A stretch of DNA of 64,000 nt, from contig CAVYCN010000019.1 in the NCBI GenBank assembly GCA_963767005.1, positions 96,001 through 160,000 on the forward strand, written 5' to 3'. The position numbers and the translations under genes are program-made. Below are positions 45,413 to 56,146 of this stretch, piece by piece. Source of the stretch: an uncultured Actinomycetes bacterium (GTDB lineage: Bacteria > Actinomycetota > Thermoleophilia > UBA2241). The notes beneath the pieces are model-generated. The model searched no databases. It was not told where the DNA came from and saw only the letters and a program-made list of their open reading frames with translations. How positions within the stretch are numbered: position 1 is the first letter of the stretch; each line of letters starts with the position of its first letter.

Positions 45413-46513
45413 ATGAAGCGCAGGTCATGGGTGCTGCTGGCCGTCGCCGCGACGGCCATGATGGTGCTCGGCGCGGGCGCAAGCCCGGCGTCGGCCGCCA
45501 CGCAGCCCAAGTTCACCGTCTTCGCCGCCGCCTCACTCTACAAGGCGTTCCCGGCGATGGTGGCACCGTTCAAGGCCAGGTTCCCGCAGTACAAGCACGT
45601 GAAGTTCGTCTTCAACTTCGCGGGGACCAATGACTTGGCGACCCAGATCCAGAACGGCGCCTACGCCGACATCTTCGCGGGCGCCAGCACCAAGTACAGC
45701 GACCAGCTGCTGTCGCCCACCGTCTACCTCAACACACCGCGCCTGTTCTGTCAGAACACGCTGTGCGTCATCGTGCCCAACGTGAAGGGTCACAAGGTCA
45801 AGAGCCTGGCCGACCTCGCCACGCCGAAGATGGAGATCGCGGTCGGCACCTGGGGTACGAACGGCGTCCCGATCGGTACCTATACGCAGACGGTCCTGAC
45901 CAACCTCAACGCCGATCCCGCCCTCAACGACGCGACCTTCGCGACCGACGTCGACAACAACGCCACGGAGTACGGCGCCGTCGTCGCCAACGTGAACATG
46001 GTCACCGCCCTCGTCGTGCTCAACGAGGTCGACGCCGGCTTCGTCTACTACAGCGACAAGGTGGCCGCGGCCAACAAGGCCATCCAGATCTCGATCCCCT
46101 TCGCCTACCAGTCGAACCCCCTGCCGACCTACCCCATCGCCACGGTCAAGGGCAGCACCAAGGTCACCATGGGCAACCGCTTCATCAAGTTCGTGCTCGG
46201 CGCCAGGGGCCACGCCATCCTCAAGCGCTGGGGGTTCCTCGCCCGGCCGGTGCCGATCGTCTCCTCACTCTCGGCGACGTCCGGCGCAGCAGGGTCGACC
46301 GTGACCATCACCGGCACCAACTTCGGCAGTAACAAGACGGGCTACGTGCCGGGCGTGGTGAAGTTCGGGACCACCGTGGCGACCACCACGGCGTGGACTA
46401 CGACCTCGATCACGGCCACGGTGCCGGCCAGCCTCACGGCAGCCACGTACAAGGTCACGGTCACCGCCGATGGCCAGGTCTCGAAGGCGACGACCTTCAC
46501 GGTGACCCCGTAG
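45413..46513 (+). CDS. modA: Molybdate-binding protein ModA fused to a C-terminal IPT/TIG-like domain
   Basis: VFAAASL, FNFAGT..LATQIQNGA.ADIFAGA, VPIGTY, VDAGFVYYSD; tail PIVSSLSATSGAAGSTVTITGTNFG..VKFG..SITATVP. Confidence 0.88.
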   Translation: MKRRSWVLLAVAATAMMVLGAGASPASAATQPKFTVFAAASLYKAFPAMVAPFKARFPQYKHVKFVFNFAGTNDLATQIQNGAYADIFAGASTKYSDQLLSPTVYLNTPRLFCQNTLCVIVPNVKGHKVKSLADLATPKMEIAVGTWGTNGVPIGTYTQTVLTNLNADPALNDATFATDVDNNATEYGAVVANVNMVTALVVLNEVDAGFVYYSDKVAAANKAIQISIPFAYQSNPLPTYPIATVKGSTKVTMGNRFIKFVLGARGHAILKRWGFLARPVPIVSSLSATSGAAGSTVTITGTNFGSNKTGYVPGVVKFGTTVATTTAWTTTSITATVPASLTAATYKVTVTADGQVSKATTFTVTP

Positions 46514-46556
46514 GGATCTCCGCACGGCGGCATCGTCTGCGACAGCACACGGTCCA

Positions 46557-46581
46557 GCCCCTCAGTCCGCACCTGAGGGGC
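46557..46581. other. Perfect 9-bp hairpin downstream of modA1
   Basis: GCCCCTCAG-TCCGCAC-CTGAGGGGC. Confidence 0.5.
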
Positions 46582-46670
46582 GGCGGCAGGCAGTCACGCG
46601 CGGCCTGCTGAAAGGCGCGGCGGCGGCGATCACGGGGATCGCCGCCGCCGCGCTGCTTCTGTTCATCGGC

Positions 46671-47396
46671 ATGCCCGTGCTCGCCATCTTCCTGCGGGTG
46701 CCGCTGTCGACCCTGCTCTCCCAGTTCCACTCGCAAGTGGCCCTCGACGCGCTGCGCGTCAGCATGAAGACAAGCCTCATCTCGCTGGCCTTCATGGTGC
46801 TGGCCGGCACGCCGGTGGCCCACCTGCTGGCCCGGCGGCGGTTCGCCGGACGGGCCGTGGTCATCACCCTGATCGAGGTCCCGCTCGTCCTGCCGCCGGC
46901 GGTGGCCGGCATCGCGCTCTTCGCGGCGTTCGGGCGCACGGGCCTGGTCGGGACCTACATCGCCGCGCACGGCATCCGCATACCGTTCACCTGGATCGCC
47001 GTGGTCATGTCGCAGTCGTTCGTGGCGATGCCGTTCTACGTGCGCCAGGTGATCGCGTCGTTCGGCGCCGTCGACCAGCAGCTCGTGGGCGCCTCGCGGA
47101 CACTCGGCGCGGGCGCGTTCCGCTCGTTCTTCCGCATCGAGGTGCCGCTGGCGCGGCAGGGCCTCGCCGCCGGCGCGGCTCTGGCCTGGGCCCGGGCGCT
47201 CGGCGAGTTCGGGGCGACCGCCCTGTTCGCCGGCGGCTTCGTCCAGGGTGTCACCCAGACGCTGCCCCTGGCGATCTACGCGCAGTTCCAGGGTGCGAAC
47301 ATCACATCCTGCCTGGCCATGTCGGCGTTCCTCGTCGCCGTCAGCTTCGCCGTGCTGGTCACCACCAAGATCCTCCTGAGCTGGCGGGAGATGTGA
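46671..47396 (+). CDS. modB: Molybdate ABC permease (true start probably further upstream)
   Basis: PLVLPPAVAGIAL, FVAMPFYV, WARALGEFGAT, TQTLPLAIY. Confidence 0.9.
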   Translation: MPVLAIFLRVPLSTLLSQFHSQVALDALRVSMKTSLISLAFMVLAGTPVAHLLARRRFAGRAVVITLIEVPLVLPPAVAGIALFAAFGRTGLVGTYIAAHGIRIPFTWIAVVMSQSFVAMPFYVRQVIASFGAVDQQLVGASRTLGAGAFRSFFRIEVPLARQGLAAGAALAWARALGEFGATALFAGGFVQGVTQTLPLAIYAQFQGANITSCLAMSAFLVAVSFAVLVTTKILLSWREM

Positions 47397-48586
47397 GCCT
47401 CGTGACCGCCCCCGACGACCTGCTTCACATCGAGATCAGGCACCGCCTGCGGCGCTTCGAGCTCGATGTGAGCTTCGCCGCGGGGCATGAGACCCTGGCG
47501 CTCGTCGGGCCCTCCGGCGCCGGCAAGACGTCGGTGCTGCGCGCTGTCGCCGGGCTGTACAAGCCCGACCACGCGCGCATCGAGCTCAGCGGTCGCACGC
47601 TCATCGACACCGAACGGCACGTGAACCTGCCACCGGAGAGCCGCCGGGTCGGCATGATGTTCCAGGATGGCGCGCTGTTCCCGCACCTCTCGATCGCCCG
47701 CAACGTCGCCTACGGCCTGCGGCCGCGGCCGCGCCGACGTCGCGAGCGTCGCGCCCGCATCGACGAGCTGCTCGCCCGCTACGGCATCGCCGAGCTGCGC
47801 GACGCGCGCCCGGGCCGGGTGTCGGGCGGCGAGCGTCAGCGAGCCGCCCTCGCGCGCGCCGTCGCCACCACCCCCGACATCCTGCTGCTCGACGAGCCGC
47901 TGTCGGCGCTCGACTCGGTGACCAAGGCGCGGGTGTCGCGCGAGCTCGCTCAGTGGCTCGCCGAGCTGGGCCTGCCGACCATCCTCGTGTCGCACGACTA
48001 CGCCGACGTGGCCGGCCTCGCCGATCGCATCGCCGTGATCGACGCCGGCCGCATCGTGCAGACCGGCACGGCGGCCGACCTGCAGCGCGCGCCGGCCTCG
48101 CCGTTCGTCGCCGCCTTCGTCGCCACCAACTACTTCAGGGGCACGGCGCGCAGGGACGGCGACCTGACCGTGGTCGACCTTGCCCAGGGCAGGCGTTTCG
48201 TCTGCACCGCACCGGCCGGCGGCGACGTCGCGCTCGTCGTCGACCCGTGGGCCGTGCGCCTGGCGCGCGCCGGGGGCGAACCGGCCGCGGCCGACACGGT
48301 CGTGGACCCGACGGGAACGGTCGGTCCGACCCGTGTGGCGACAGCGGTGGCGGCTACGGCGGCGTCGCTCAACGTCGTGCAGGGGACCGTCGCCCAGCTC
48401 GTCCGGATGGGCGGCGTAGTCCGCGTCACCCTGAGCTCCGACCCGCCGGTCGTCGCCGAGCTGCCGGCGGAACGGGCGGACGCTCTGGGCCTCACGCGCG
48501 GTGCGCTCGTCGTCGCGACCTGGTCGCCCGAGGCCGCCCGACTGGTCGCAGCGGACGGCCCTGCCGCGGTGTCGGGCGACCGATAG
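47393..48586 (+). CDS. modC: Molybdate ABC ATPase with TOBE-like C-terminus
   Basis: GPSGAGKT, VSGGERQR, LLLDEPLSALD. Confidence 0.88.
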   Translation: MSLVTAPDDLLHIEIRHRLRRFELDVSFAAGHETLALVGPSGAGKTSVLRAVAGLYKPDHARIELSGRTLIDTERHVNLPPESRRVGMMFQDGALFPHLSIARNVAYGLRPRPRRRRERRARIDELLARYGIAELRDARPGRVSGGERQRAALARAVATTPDILLLDEPLSALDSVTKARVSRELAQWLAELGLPTILVSHDYADVAGLADRIAVIDAGRIVQTGTAADLQRAPASPFVAAFVATNYFRGTARRDGDLTVVDLAQGRRFVCTAPAGGDVALVVDPWAVRLARAGGEPAAADTVVDPTGTVGPTRVATAVAATAASLNVVQGTVAQLVRMGGVVRVTLSSDPPVVAELPAERADALGLTRGALVVATWSPEAARLVAADGPAAVSGDR

Positions 48587-48634
48587 GCGGCGCGGCCCGC
48601 GTCGCCGGCCGCGCGCGGCGCAGCCGCGGGCACC

Positions 48635-49693
<1,059 letters not shown>

Positions 49694-49731
49694 CGCCGCA
49701 CCCCCGCGCGTGTCGATGCGACCCGCACGGC

Positions 49732-50592
49732 TCAGCGACCGCCGAACCAGTGGCCGCGCAGGGCGACGAGCACGGCCAGCGACACCGCGAGCAAGACGAG
49801 GCTGAGGGCGATCGCCGCGCCCTGGTCGTTCTGCAGGGCGACGTAGACAGCGAGCGGCATGGTCTGCGTGCTCCCCGGCAGGTTGCCGGCGAAGGTGATG
49901 GTCGCGCCGAACTCGCCGAGCGCACGCGCCCAGCACAGCGCGACGCCCGCGCCGAGCGTCGGCGCCACGAGCGGCACCGTCACGCGCCGGAAGGTCGTCC
50001 AGCGGCCGGCCCCGAGGGTCGAGGCCGCGTCCTCGTAGCGCTGGCCCAGCGACCGCAGGCCGGCCTCGACCGTCACGACCAGGAAGGGCATGGCGACGAA
50101 GGTCTCGGCGAGGATGGCGGCGGTCGTCGAGAAAGGGATCGTGATCCCGAACCAGCGGTACAGCCACTCGCCGACCAGGCCGAAGCGGCCGAAGGCAAGC
50201 AGCAGGGCGACGCCGCCGACCACCGGCGGCATCACCATCGGCAGCGTCACCACGGCGCGCGCCACGGTGCGACCGGGGAACGGCACGCGGGCGAACACCC
50301 AGGCGAGCGGCACGCCCAGCACACACGACAGCGCGACGGCCGCCACCGAGCAGACGAGCGAGAGCCGGAGCGCCGTCAGCACGCCGGGCTGGACGAGATC
50401 GCCGGGGATCTCGCGCCACGGGGCGCGCACGACGAGGCCGATCACCGGCAGCGTGAGGAACGCGAGCGCCGCCACCGCGAGTGGCGTGAAGCCGAAGGGT
50501 GCGCGCCGCAGCGACCGGTGCCGGACGGCGGCGGGCCGGCCGGCGGCGACCGGCGCTCCCGACCCGGGCGCCTGCCCCCCGGAGAGCTCCAC
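49732..50592 (-). CDS. modB: Second molybdate ABC permease
   Basis: LPMVMPPVVGGVAL, WARALGEFGATITFAGN. Confidence 0.92.
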   Translation of the reverse strand: MELSGGQAPGSGAPVAAGRPAAVRHRSLRRAPFGFTPLAVAALAFLTLPVIGLVVRAPWREIPGDLVQPGVLTALRLSLVCSVAAVALSCVLGVPLAWVFARVPFPGRTVARAVVTLPMVMPPVVGGVALLLAFGRFGLVGEWLYRWFGITIPFSTTAAILAETFVAMPFLVVTVEAGLRSLGQRYEDAASTLGAGRWTTFRRVTVPLVAPTLGAGVALCWARALGEFGATITFAGNLPGSTQTMPLAVYVALQNDQGAAIALSLVLLAVSLAVLVALRGHWFGGR

Positions 50593-50613
50593 GGTCAGCT
50601 CCCTCCACTCAGT

Positions 50614-51438
50614 TCACTGCGCCGACGGTGGCCCGAAGCCGGCGCCGGCCAGCAGCGCCTGGGCCTGCGATCCAAGCACGAACGCCATGAACTGCTGCGC
50701 GGCCGTCGCGTTCTTGGTCGCCTTGACGACCGCGATCGGGTAGCTCGCCACCGCCTGCGCGGCGGCAGGCAGGCCGATCGTCGTCACCTGGCTCCCGGCG
50801 CTCCTGGCGTCGGTCACGTACACGAAGCCCGCGTCGGCGTTCCCCGTCGACACCGACGTCAGGATCGAGGTCACATCGAGCGCCTCGGAGGCGACGTTCT
50901 TGAGGACCTTGCCCGAGTAGCCCACGCCGTACAGCGCGTCGAGGTTGCCCAGCACCGTGCGCGTGTACGTGCCGATCGGCACCGTCGCGTCGCCGATGAC
51001 GAGCTTGATGCCGGGCGTGGTCAGGTCGCGCAGCGAATGGATGTGCGCCGGGTCGCACGCCGGCACGACCACGACGAGCTTGTTGGTGGCGAAGGTCCGC
51101 GGCGTGTCGATCAGGCCCTTGCCGGCGAGCTTGGTCCCGTACTTGGTGCTGGCGCCGGCGAAGACGTCGGCCGGCGCGCCCTGCTCTATCTGGGTGGTCA
51201 GGGTGTCGGTGCCGGCAAAGTTGAAGGCGAACGCCACGCCCGGGTGAGTCTTCTGGAAGTCCGCCGCGATCTGAGGGAAGACCTTGTTCAGCGAGGCCGC
51301 AGCGAACACGGTGAGCTTGACGGGGCTCGCGCTCGCACCCGAGCCCGACCCGGATGAGCCGCAGCCAGCCGCGATCAGGCCGACGGCGAGCACGAGCAAC
51401 GCGATGAGAGCGTGCAGGACTGGATGCTTGACTGGCAT
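50614..51438 (-). CDS. modA: Second molybdate-binding protein (lipoprotein)
   Basis: IAAGC lipobox, VFAAASL, QIEQGAPADVFAGA, VPIGTY, DAGFVYVTD; AGGAGG RBS. Confidence 0.92.
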   Translation of the reverse strand: MPVKHPVLHALIALLVLAVGLIAAGCGSSGSGSGASASPVKLTVFAAASLNKVFPQIAADFQKTHPGVAFAFNFAGTDTLTTQIEQGAPADVFAGASTKYGTKLAGKGLIDTPRTFATNKLVVVVPACDPAHIHSLRDLTTPGIKLVIGDATVPIGTYTRTVLGNLDALYGVGYSGKVLKNVASEALDVTSILTSVSTGNADAGFVYVTDARSAGSQVTTIGLPAAAQAVASYPIAVVKATKNATAAQQFMAFVLGSQAQALLAGAGFGPPSAQ

Positions 51439-51525
51439 GAAGACGGTCCCTCCTAGCGCGCAGTCCGCGTCGCCCCCAAAGGGGCCGGCCGGCGCCCGAT
51501 CTGACGTCGGCGCCACGGCCGCGCG

Positions 51526-51549
51526 CGTTGTACGGAAGGCAGTATAGCG
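51526..51549. promoter_or_regulatory. ModE-like box upstream of modA2
   Basis: CGTTGTAC-N8-GTATAGCG, same layout as the box at 45235. Confidence 0.62.
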
Positions 51550-51583
51550 CGGACGTCAAACGCCGGGCCGCCCCGCCGCGGCG

Positions 51584-52469
51584 TCACCGACCCACGAGGC
51601 CAGAGAGGGCCGCGGGGAGCTCGGCGCGCGGCACGACGACGTCGGCGGCGTCGCGCGCGGCGGCATCGCCCTCGACCACGGCGATCCCGAGGCCGGCCCA
51701 GCGCAGCATGCCGGCGTCGGGGGCGCCGTCGCCGCAGGCGACGGCGCCCGCCGGCGACACGCCGAGCCGGGCGCACAGCCGCGCCAGGGCCCCGGCCTTG
51801 TCGGCGGCGGGGTGGTGCACCTCGTAGCGGCCGCCGGGCGCGGGGCTCACGGCCACGTCCGGACGTCCGAGAACCAGCTCGTCGAGCAGGCCGACGAGCT
51901 TCGACGGCACCCCGCCGACGACCAGCCGCGTCACCGCGACCCCTTCGAGCGCCGCTGCCAGGTCGGGCTGCACACGTGTGGTTGCGCGCGGAGCCGAGCG
52001 TCGCGCCCGCGAGCGCCGCGACCGACCGCGTGCTCACGAACGAATCACGGCGCGCTCGCCTCGCCGGCATCCCGTCCGCGTTGATCTCCTGCTCCCAGCG
52101 CGCGTCGTCGACGTAGGCCGTGACCGAGGCGCCGGCACGAAGCAGCGCCGCGGTGAGCGCGGCCGCGACGCCGGGCGGCAGGTCGAGCCGCTCGAGCCAG
52201 CGGCCGTCGTCGAGGTCGGCCAGGACGGCGCCATGGTAGGCGATGGCGTAGCCGCCGGCCAGCCCGAGGCGCTGCGCCCCCGCGCGAGTGGCCCCGACCG
52301 TCCGTCCTGTGCACAGGACGATCCGCAGGCCCGCCGCGCTCAGGGCGGCGAGCGCCGCGACGATCCCCGGATACGGCTCGCCGGCCTCGTCGACCAGCGT
52401 GCCGTCGAGGTCGCAGGCGGCCAGCGCGTGCGCGCCGGTCGGCCCCTCGGCTCCGCCGCCCGCGCTCAC
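51584..52469 (-). CDS. Cof-type HAD family hydrolase (frameshifted)
   Basis: CDLDGTL, LCTGR, YHGA, DKAGAL, CGDGAPDAGML. Confidence 0.8.
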
Positions 52470-53641
52470 GGCGCGGTCTCGAGTACCCGCCGCGCGACGA
52501 GCACGGCCGGCTCCCCGATAAGGCGCTCGACCGTGGCGGCCAGCGCCCGGGCCGCTCCCAGCCGGGCGCGAGCCGCGGCCTGGCCGTCGGGCTGCCCGTC
52601 GAGGTCGCGCAGCTTCGCCGCGAGGCGCTCGTCGAGGTCGATCACGACCGTGCCCCGGAGCAGCTTGTCGGCGAGGTAGAGCACCTCTGCCTCGCCGGGC
52701 AGCGGGTCGGGCGACGGCGTCAGCGACCGCCCCTCCCTCTCATTCTCAGCCTCTACCTGAGCGTGAAGGTCGATGTGACGGGCGACCAGGGGCGCGAGCC
52801 GGCGATAGCCGAGCTCGCGCAGCCGCGCGGCGCCGGCGGCGGCGTGATCAGGCTGCAAACGGGCGATATCGTGGAGCAGCGCTGCGGCCAGCAGGAGCTC
52901 CGTCTGCAGGCAGAGTCCGTGCTCGTTCAGTCGCCGCGCGAGCGTCATTGCCACGGCCGCGACCGCCCGCGAGTGGTCCACGACCGCCGGCGGCAGGCTC
53001 GCGTCGGCGAGGAGGTCCAGGCAGCGCTGCTCGTCGGGCAGCACCTCGAAGGCGACCTCGTCGCGGGCACGGCTGTAGTCGGCCGGCCGGTCGAGGTCGA
53101 TCAGCGTGCCGGGATCGCCTGTCTCGACCTCGAGGGCGGCGGCGTCATGGGAGCCGAGCAGGTCGCGCAGCCCGCCGCGCGGCTCGTCGCCCAGGTCGGC
53201 AGGCAGACTGGCGCGGGCGATCAGCGGCGGGTGGCCGCGGCGGCCGGCGAAGACCGGATAGACCACCGGCGCCGGTCGCGCGAGCGCGGCCCGGGCGAGC
53301 CGCCCGACCGTCTCTGAGCGCACGAGAGCGCAGTCGACCGGCAGCAGGAAGACGCGCTCGACGCCGGCGTCGAGGCTCGCGAGGCCGGTGGCGACCGACG
53401 AGAACATGCCGCGCCGCCAGTCGGGGTTGAGGGCGGTCGGCACGCCGAGCGCCTGCGCGGCGGCGGCCACCTCGTCGGCGCGCCAGCCCACGACGACGCG
53501 CACGTCGTCGATGCCGACTCCGGCAAAGACGGCGACGGCGCGGGCGAGCACGCTGCTCTCGCCGAGGGGCAGCAGCGGCTTGAGCTCGCCCATGCGCGAC
53601 GAGCGGCCGGCGGCCAGCACGACGGCGGCGAGCCGGCTCAC
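52466..53641 (-). CDS. MocA-like nucleotidyltransferase fused to an HD domain (DVU_1551-like)
   Basis: VVLAAGRSSRMG..KPLL, GMFSSV, LPVDC, RGHPPLI; HS..VA, AALLHDIAR, HA..GA, YLADK. Confidence 0.85.
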   Translation of the reverse strand: MSRLAAVVLAAGRSSRMGELKPLLPLGESSVLARAVAVFAGVGIDDVRVVVGWRADEVAAAAQALGVPTALNPDWRRGMFSSVATGLASLDAGVERVFLLPVDCALVRSETVGRLARAALARPAPVVYPVFAGRRGHPPLIARASLPADLGDEPRGGLRDLLGSHDAAALEVETGDPGTLIDLDRPADYSRARDEVAFEVLPDEQRCLDLLADASLPPAVVDHSRAVAAVAMTLARRLNEHGLCLQTELLLAAALLHDIARLQPDHAAAGAARLRELGYRRLAPLVARHIDLHAQVEAENEREGRSLTPSPDPLPGEAEVLYLADKLLRGTVVIDLDERLAAKLRDLDGQPDGQAAARARLGAARALAATVERLIGEPAVLVARRVLETAP

Positions 53642-53682
53642 CGAAGGACGACTCCCGCGGCACTGGTCGCCGTCCCCACGGC

Positions 53683-54729
53683 CTAGCTGCCCGCGCCGGC
53701 CCGCACCTGGATCATCTCGGCCACGATGCTGACGGCGAGCTCGGCCGGCGTCTCGGCGCCGATCGGCAGGCCGATCGGCGCGTGCAGGCGAGCGAGGTCG
53801 TCGTCGCTGAAGCCCTTCGCGCGCAGAGCCTCGGCGATGCGCCGCACCTTCGTGCGGCTGGACATGAGGCCCACGTAGCGCGCCGGCGTACGCAGCGCCT
53901 GCTCGAGCACGGTCACGTCGTGCGTGTGGCCGCGGGTCACGATGACGATGTAGCTCTGCTCGTCGACCGGCCGGCGCGAGAGGACAGCCGTCGAACGACG
54001 CGATCAGCTCGACCTGGGCGCCGGGGAACCGGTCGGGCGCGGCGAACTCCTCGCGGTCGTCGAGCACGAGGACCCGCCAGCCGGCGTTCGCCGCCACCGG
54101 GGCGAGCGGCGCGACCGACGTGCCCGGCGCCGCAGATGATCGCCGTGAGCCGGCGGATCGAACGCCTCGACCACGACCTCGCGAGCCGTCGGGCAGACGC
54201 GGCCGTGCCGTGGCATGGCGATCTTGCCGACGGTCTTGCGCAGCGTGCCGGCGTCGCACGGGGCGGCGCCGACGACCGTGCCGTCTTCGTGCAGCAGGCA
54301 GTGCTCGACGGCGCCGCCGTCGGCCGCCGGCAGGACGGTGAACAGCCAGGCGCGCCGGCGCGCGGCCTCGGCCGCGCGCATCGCCTCGCAGACCTCGGCC
54401 AGCGTCGGATCGCCGGGCGCCATGTAGGCGATCAGCACCTCGGCGCTGCCGCCGCAGACCATCTCGTCGGCGCTGTCGACGTCCCTGCCGCGCAGGCGAA
54501 AGGCCGACGTCTCGGAGCGACCGCGGTCGAGCACCTCGGCCGCCTGGCGCATCATGGTGGCCTCGAGCAGGCCGCCGCCGATCGTGCCGGCGATCGAGCC
54601 GTCGCGGCGCACCAGCATCTCGGCGCCGGCGGCGCGCGGCGTCGAGCCCTGGTCGCTCACCAGGCGCACCAGCGCCAGGTCGTGGCCGGCCCGCAGCTCC
54701 GCCAGCACCTCGTCGACGATCTCCCTCAT
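53683..54729 (-). CDS. xdhC: XdhC-family molybdoenzyme maturation factor (frameshifted)
   Basis: GSTPRAAGAEM, GTIGGGLLE, MVCGG, VTRGHTHD, YVGLMSSR, APIGLPIGAETPAELAVSI. Confidence 0.88.
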
Positions 54730-56146
54730 CTGACCTCTCTCGTGTCGTTTCCGTCTGCGGCCCGTTGTGACGGGCCGCGTCGCTCGTCGAGCAGGCGCCG
54801 CTTGGCGGTGCCGTCGCCGCCGCTCCAGGGTGGCTCGGCCACCGTGACCGCGACGTGCAGCCGCCCGCTCGCACGGGCGGCGGCGAGCGCGGGCGCGCGC
54901 TCGAGGGCGGCGGCGGCGCGGCGGCAGACCGCCGCGCCGCCGCCGCCCTCGAGCGCGATCTCGACCGCAAGCCGCTCGCCGTCCTCATCGTCGCCCAAGC
55001 GCGCCCGAAAGTCGAGCACGCCGGGAAGCGCGAACAGCGCCTCGTCGAGGTCGGCCAGGGCGAGGCGTCCGCCGCCGGGCAGCGGCGCGACGTCGGCCAG
55101 GCGCGCCCGCACCGGCCCGAGACGGCGCAGCGCCGAGCCGCACGGGCAGGTCCCGGGCAGGAGCCGCCCCAGGTCGCCGGTGCGGTAGCGGATCAGCGGC
55201 ATGGCCTCGCGCGTGAGCGTGGTGAAGACGACCTCACCCTCCTCGCCGTCCGGCAGCGGCCGTCCGCTCGCGGGTTCGACCACCTCGAACAGCAGGTCGG
55301 CCGCGCGCAGGTGCAGGCCCTCATGCGCCTCGCACTCGACGCCGCCGCCGAGCCCCGTCTCGGTCGTGCCGTAGTGGTCGAACACGCGGCAGCCCCACGC
55401 CTGCTCGATCGCGGCCACGAGCGCACGCGGCGCCTGGTCGGTGCTCAGCAGCACGGTGCGCGGCGCGACCGCCCGGCCCGCGGCCGCGGCGCGCCGCGCC
55501 AGGGCGAGCACCTGCACGGGGATGCCGACGACGACGGTGACCCGCTCGCGCTCCAGATGGTCGAGCGCGTCGCCTGCGTCGTGCACCGGTCCGTGCAGGA
55601 CGGGCGTCGCGCCGAGGCGTTCCAGCCCGAGCCGCAACAGGTCGCCCACCCCGCCGGGCCGCTCGTAGGGCAGCAGCACACCGACGCGGTCGCCGGGCCG
55701 GGCGAGCACCGACATCCCGTGACAGAAGAAGTCGACGGTGAGCTCCAGGTCGGCGACGCTGAAGCGCAGCCGCTTGGGCGGGCCGCTCGTGCCCGACGTC
55801 GGCAGGCTCACGATGCGCTCGACCGCGGTCGCCGGCACGCAGAGCATCCGGTCGCCGTGCTCGCGGATGTCGGCGGCCGTCGTAAACGGCAGCGCGGCGA
55901 GGTCGTCGAGCTCGAGGCTCGCCGCCTCGACCCCGGCGAGTCGCGTGGCGTAGAAGGGACTGCCGGCCTGCGCCAGGGCGACCGTCACGCGCAGGGCCAT
56001 GCGCTGATGGCGGCGCATGGCCACGGGGTCCAGGAGGCCGTCCGCGATGCGCTCGAGGGCGCCGCCGGCAGCGGCCGTCCCGGCCGCACGCCGCCGGCGG
56101 CGCGAGCCGCAGCCCACGCGTCGAGCGGCGTGAGCCGGACGCTCAC
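54726..56146 (-). CDS. Phenylacetate-CoA ligase-like AMP-dependent ligase (DVU_1553-like; 5' frameshifts)
   Basis: LPFTT, TSGTSGPPKR, HYGTTETGLGGGVEC, MPLIRYRTGD, CPCGS. Confidence 0.85.
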
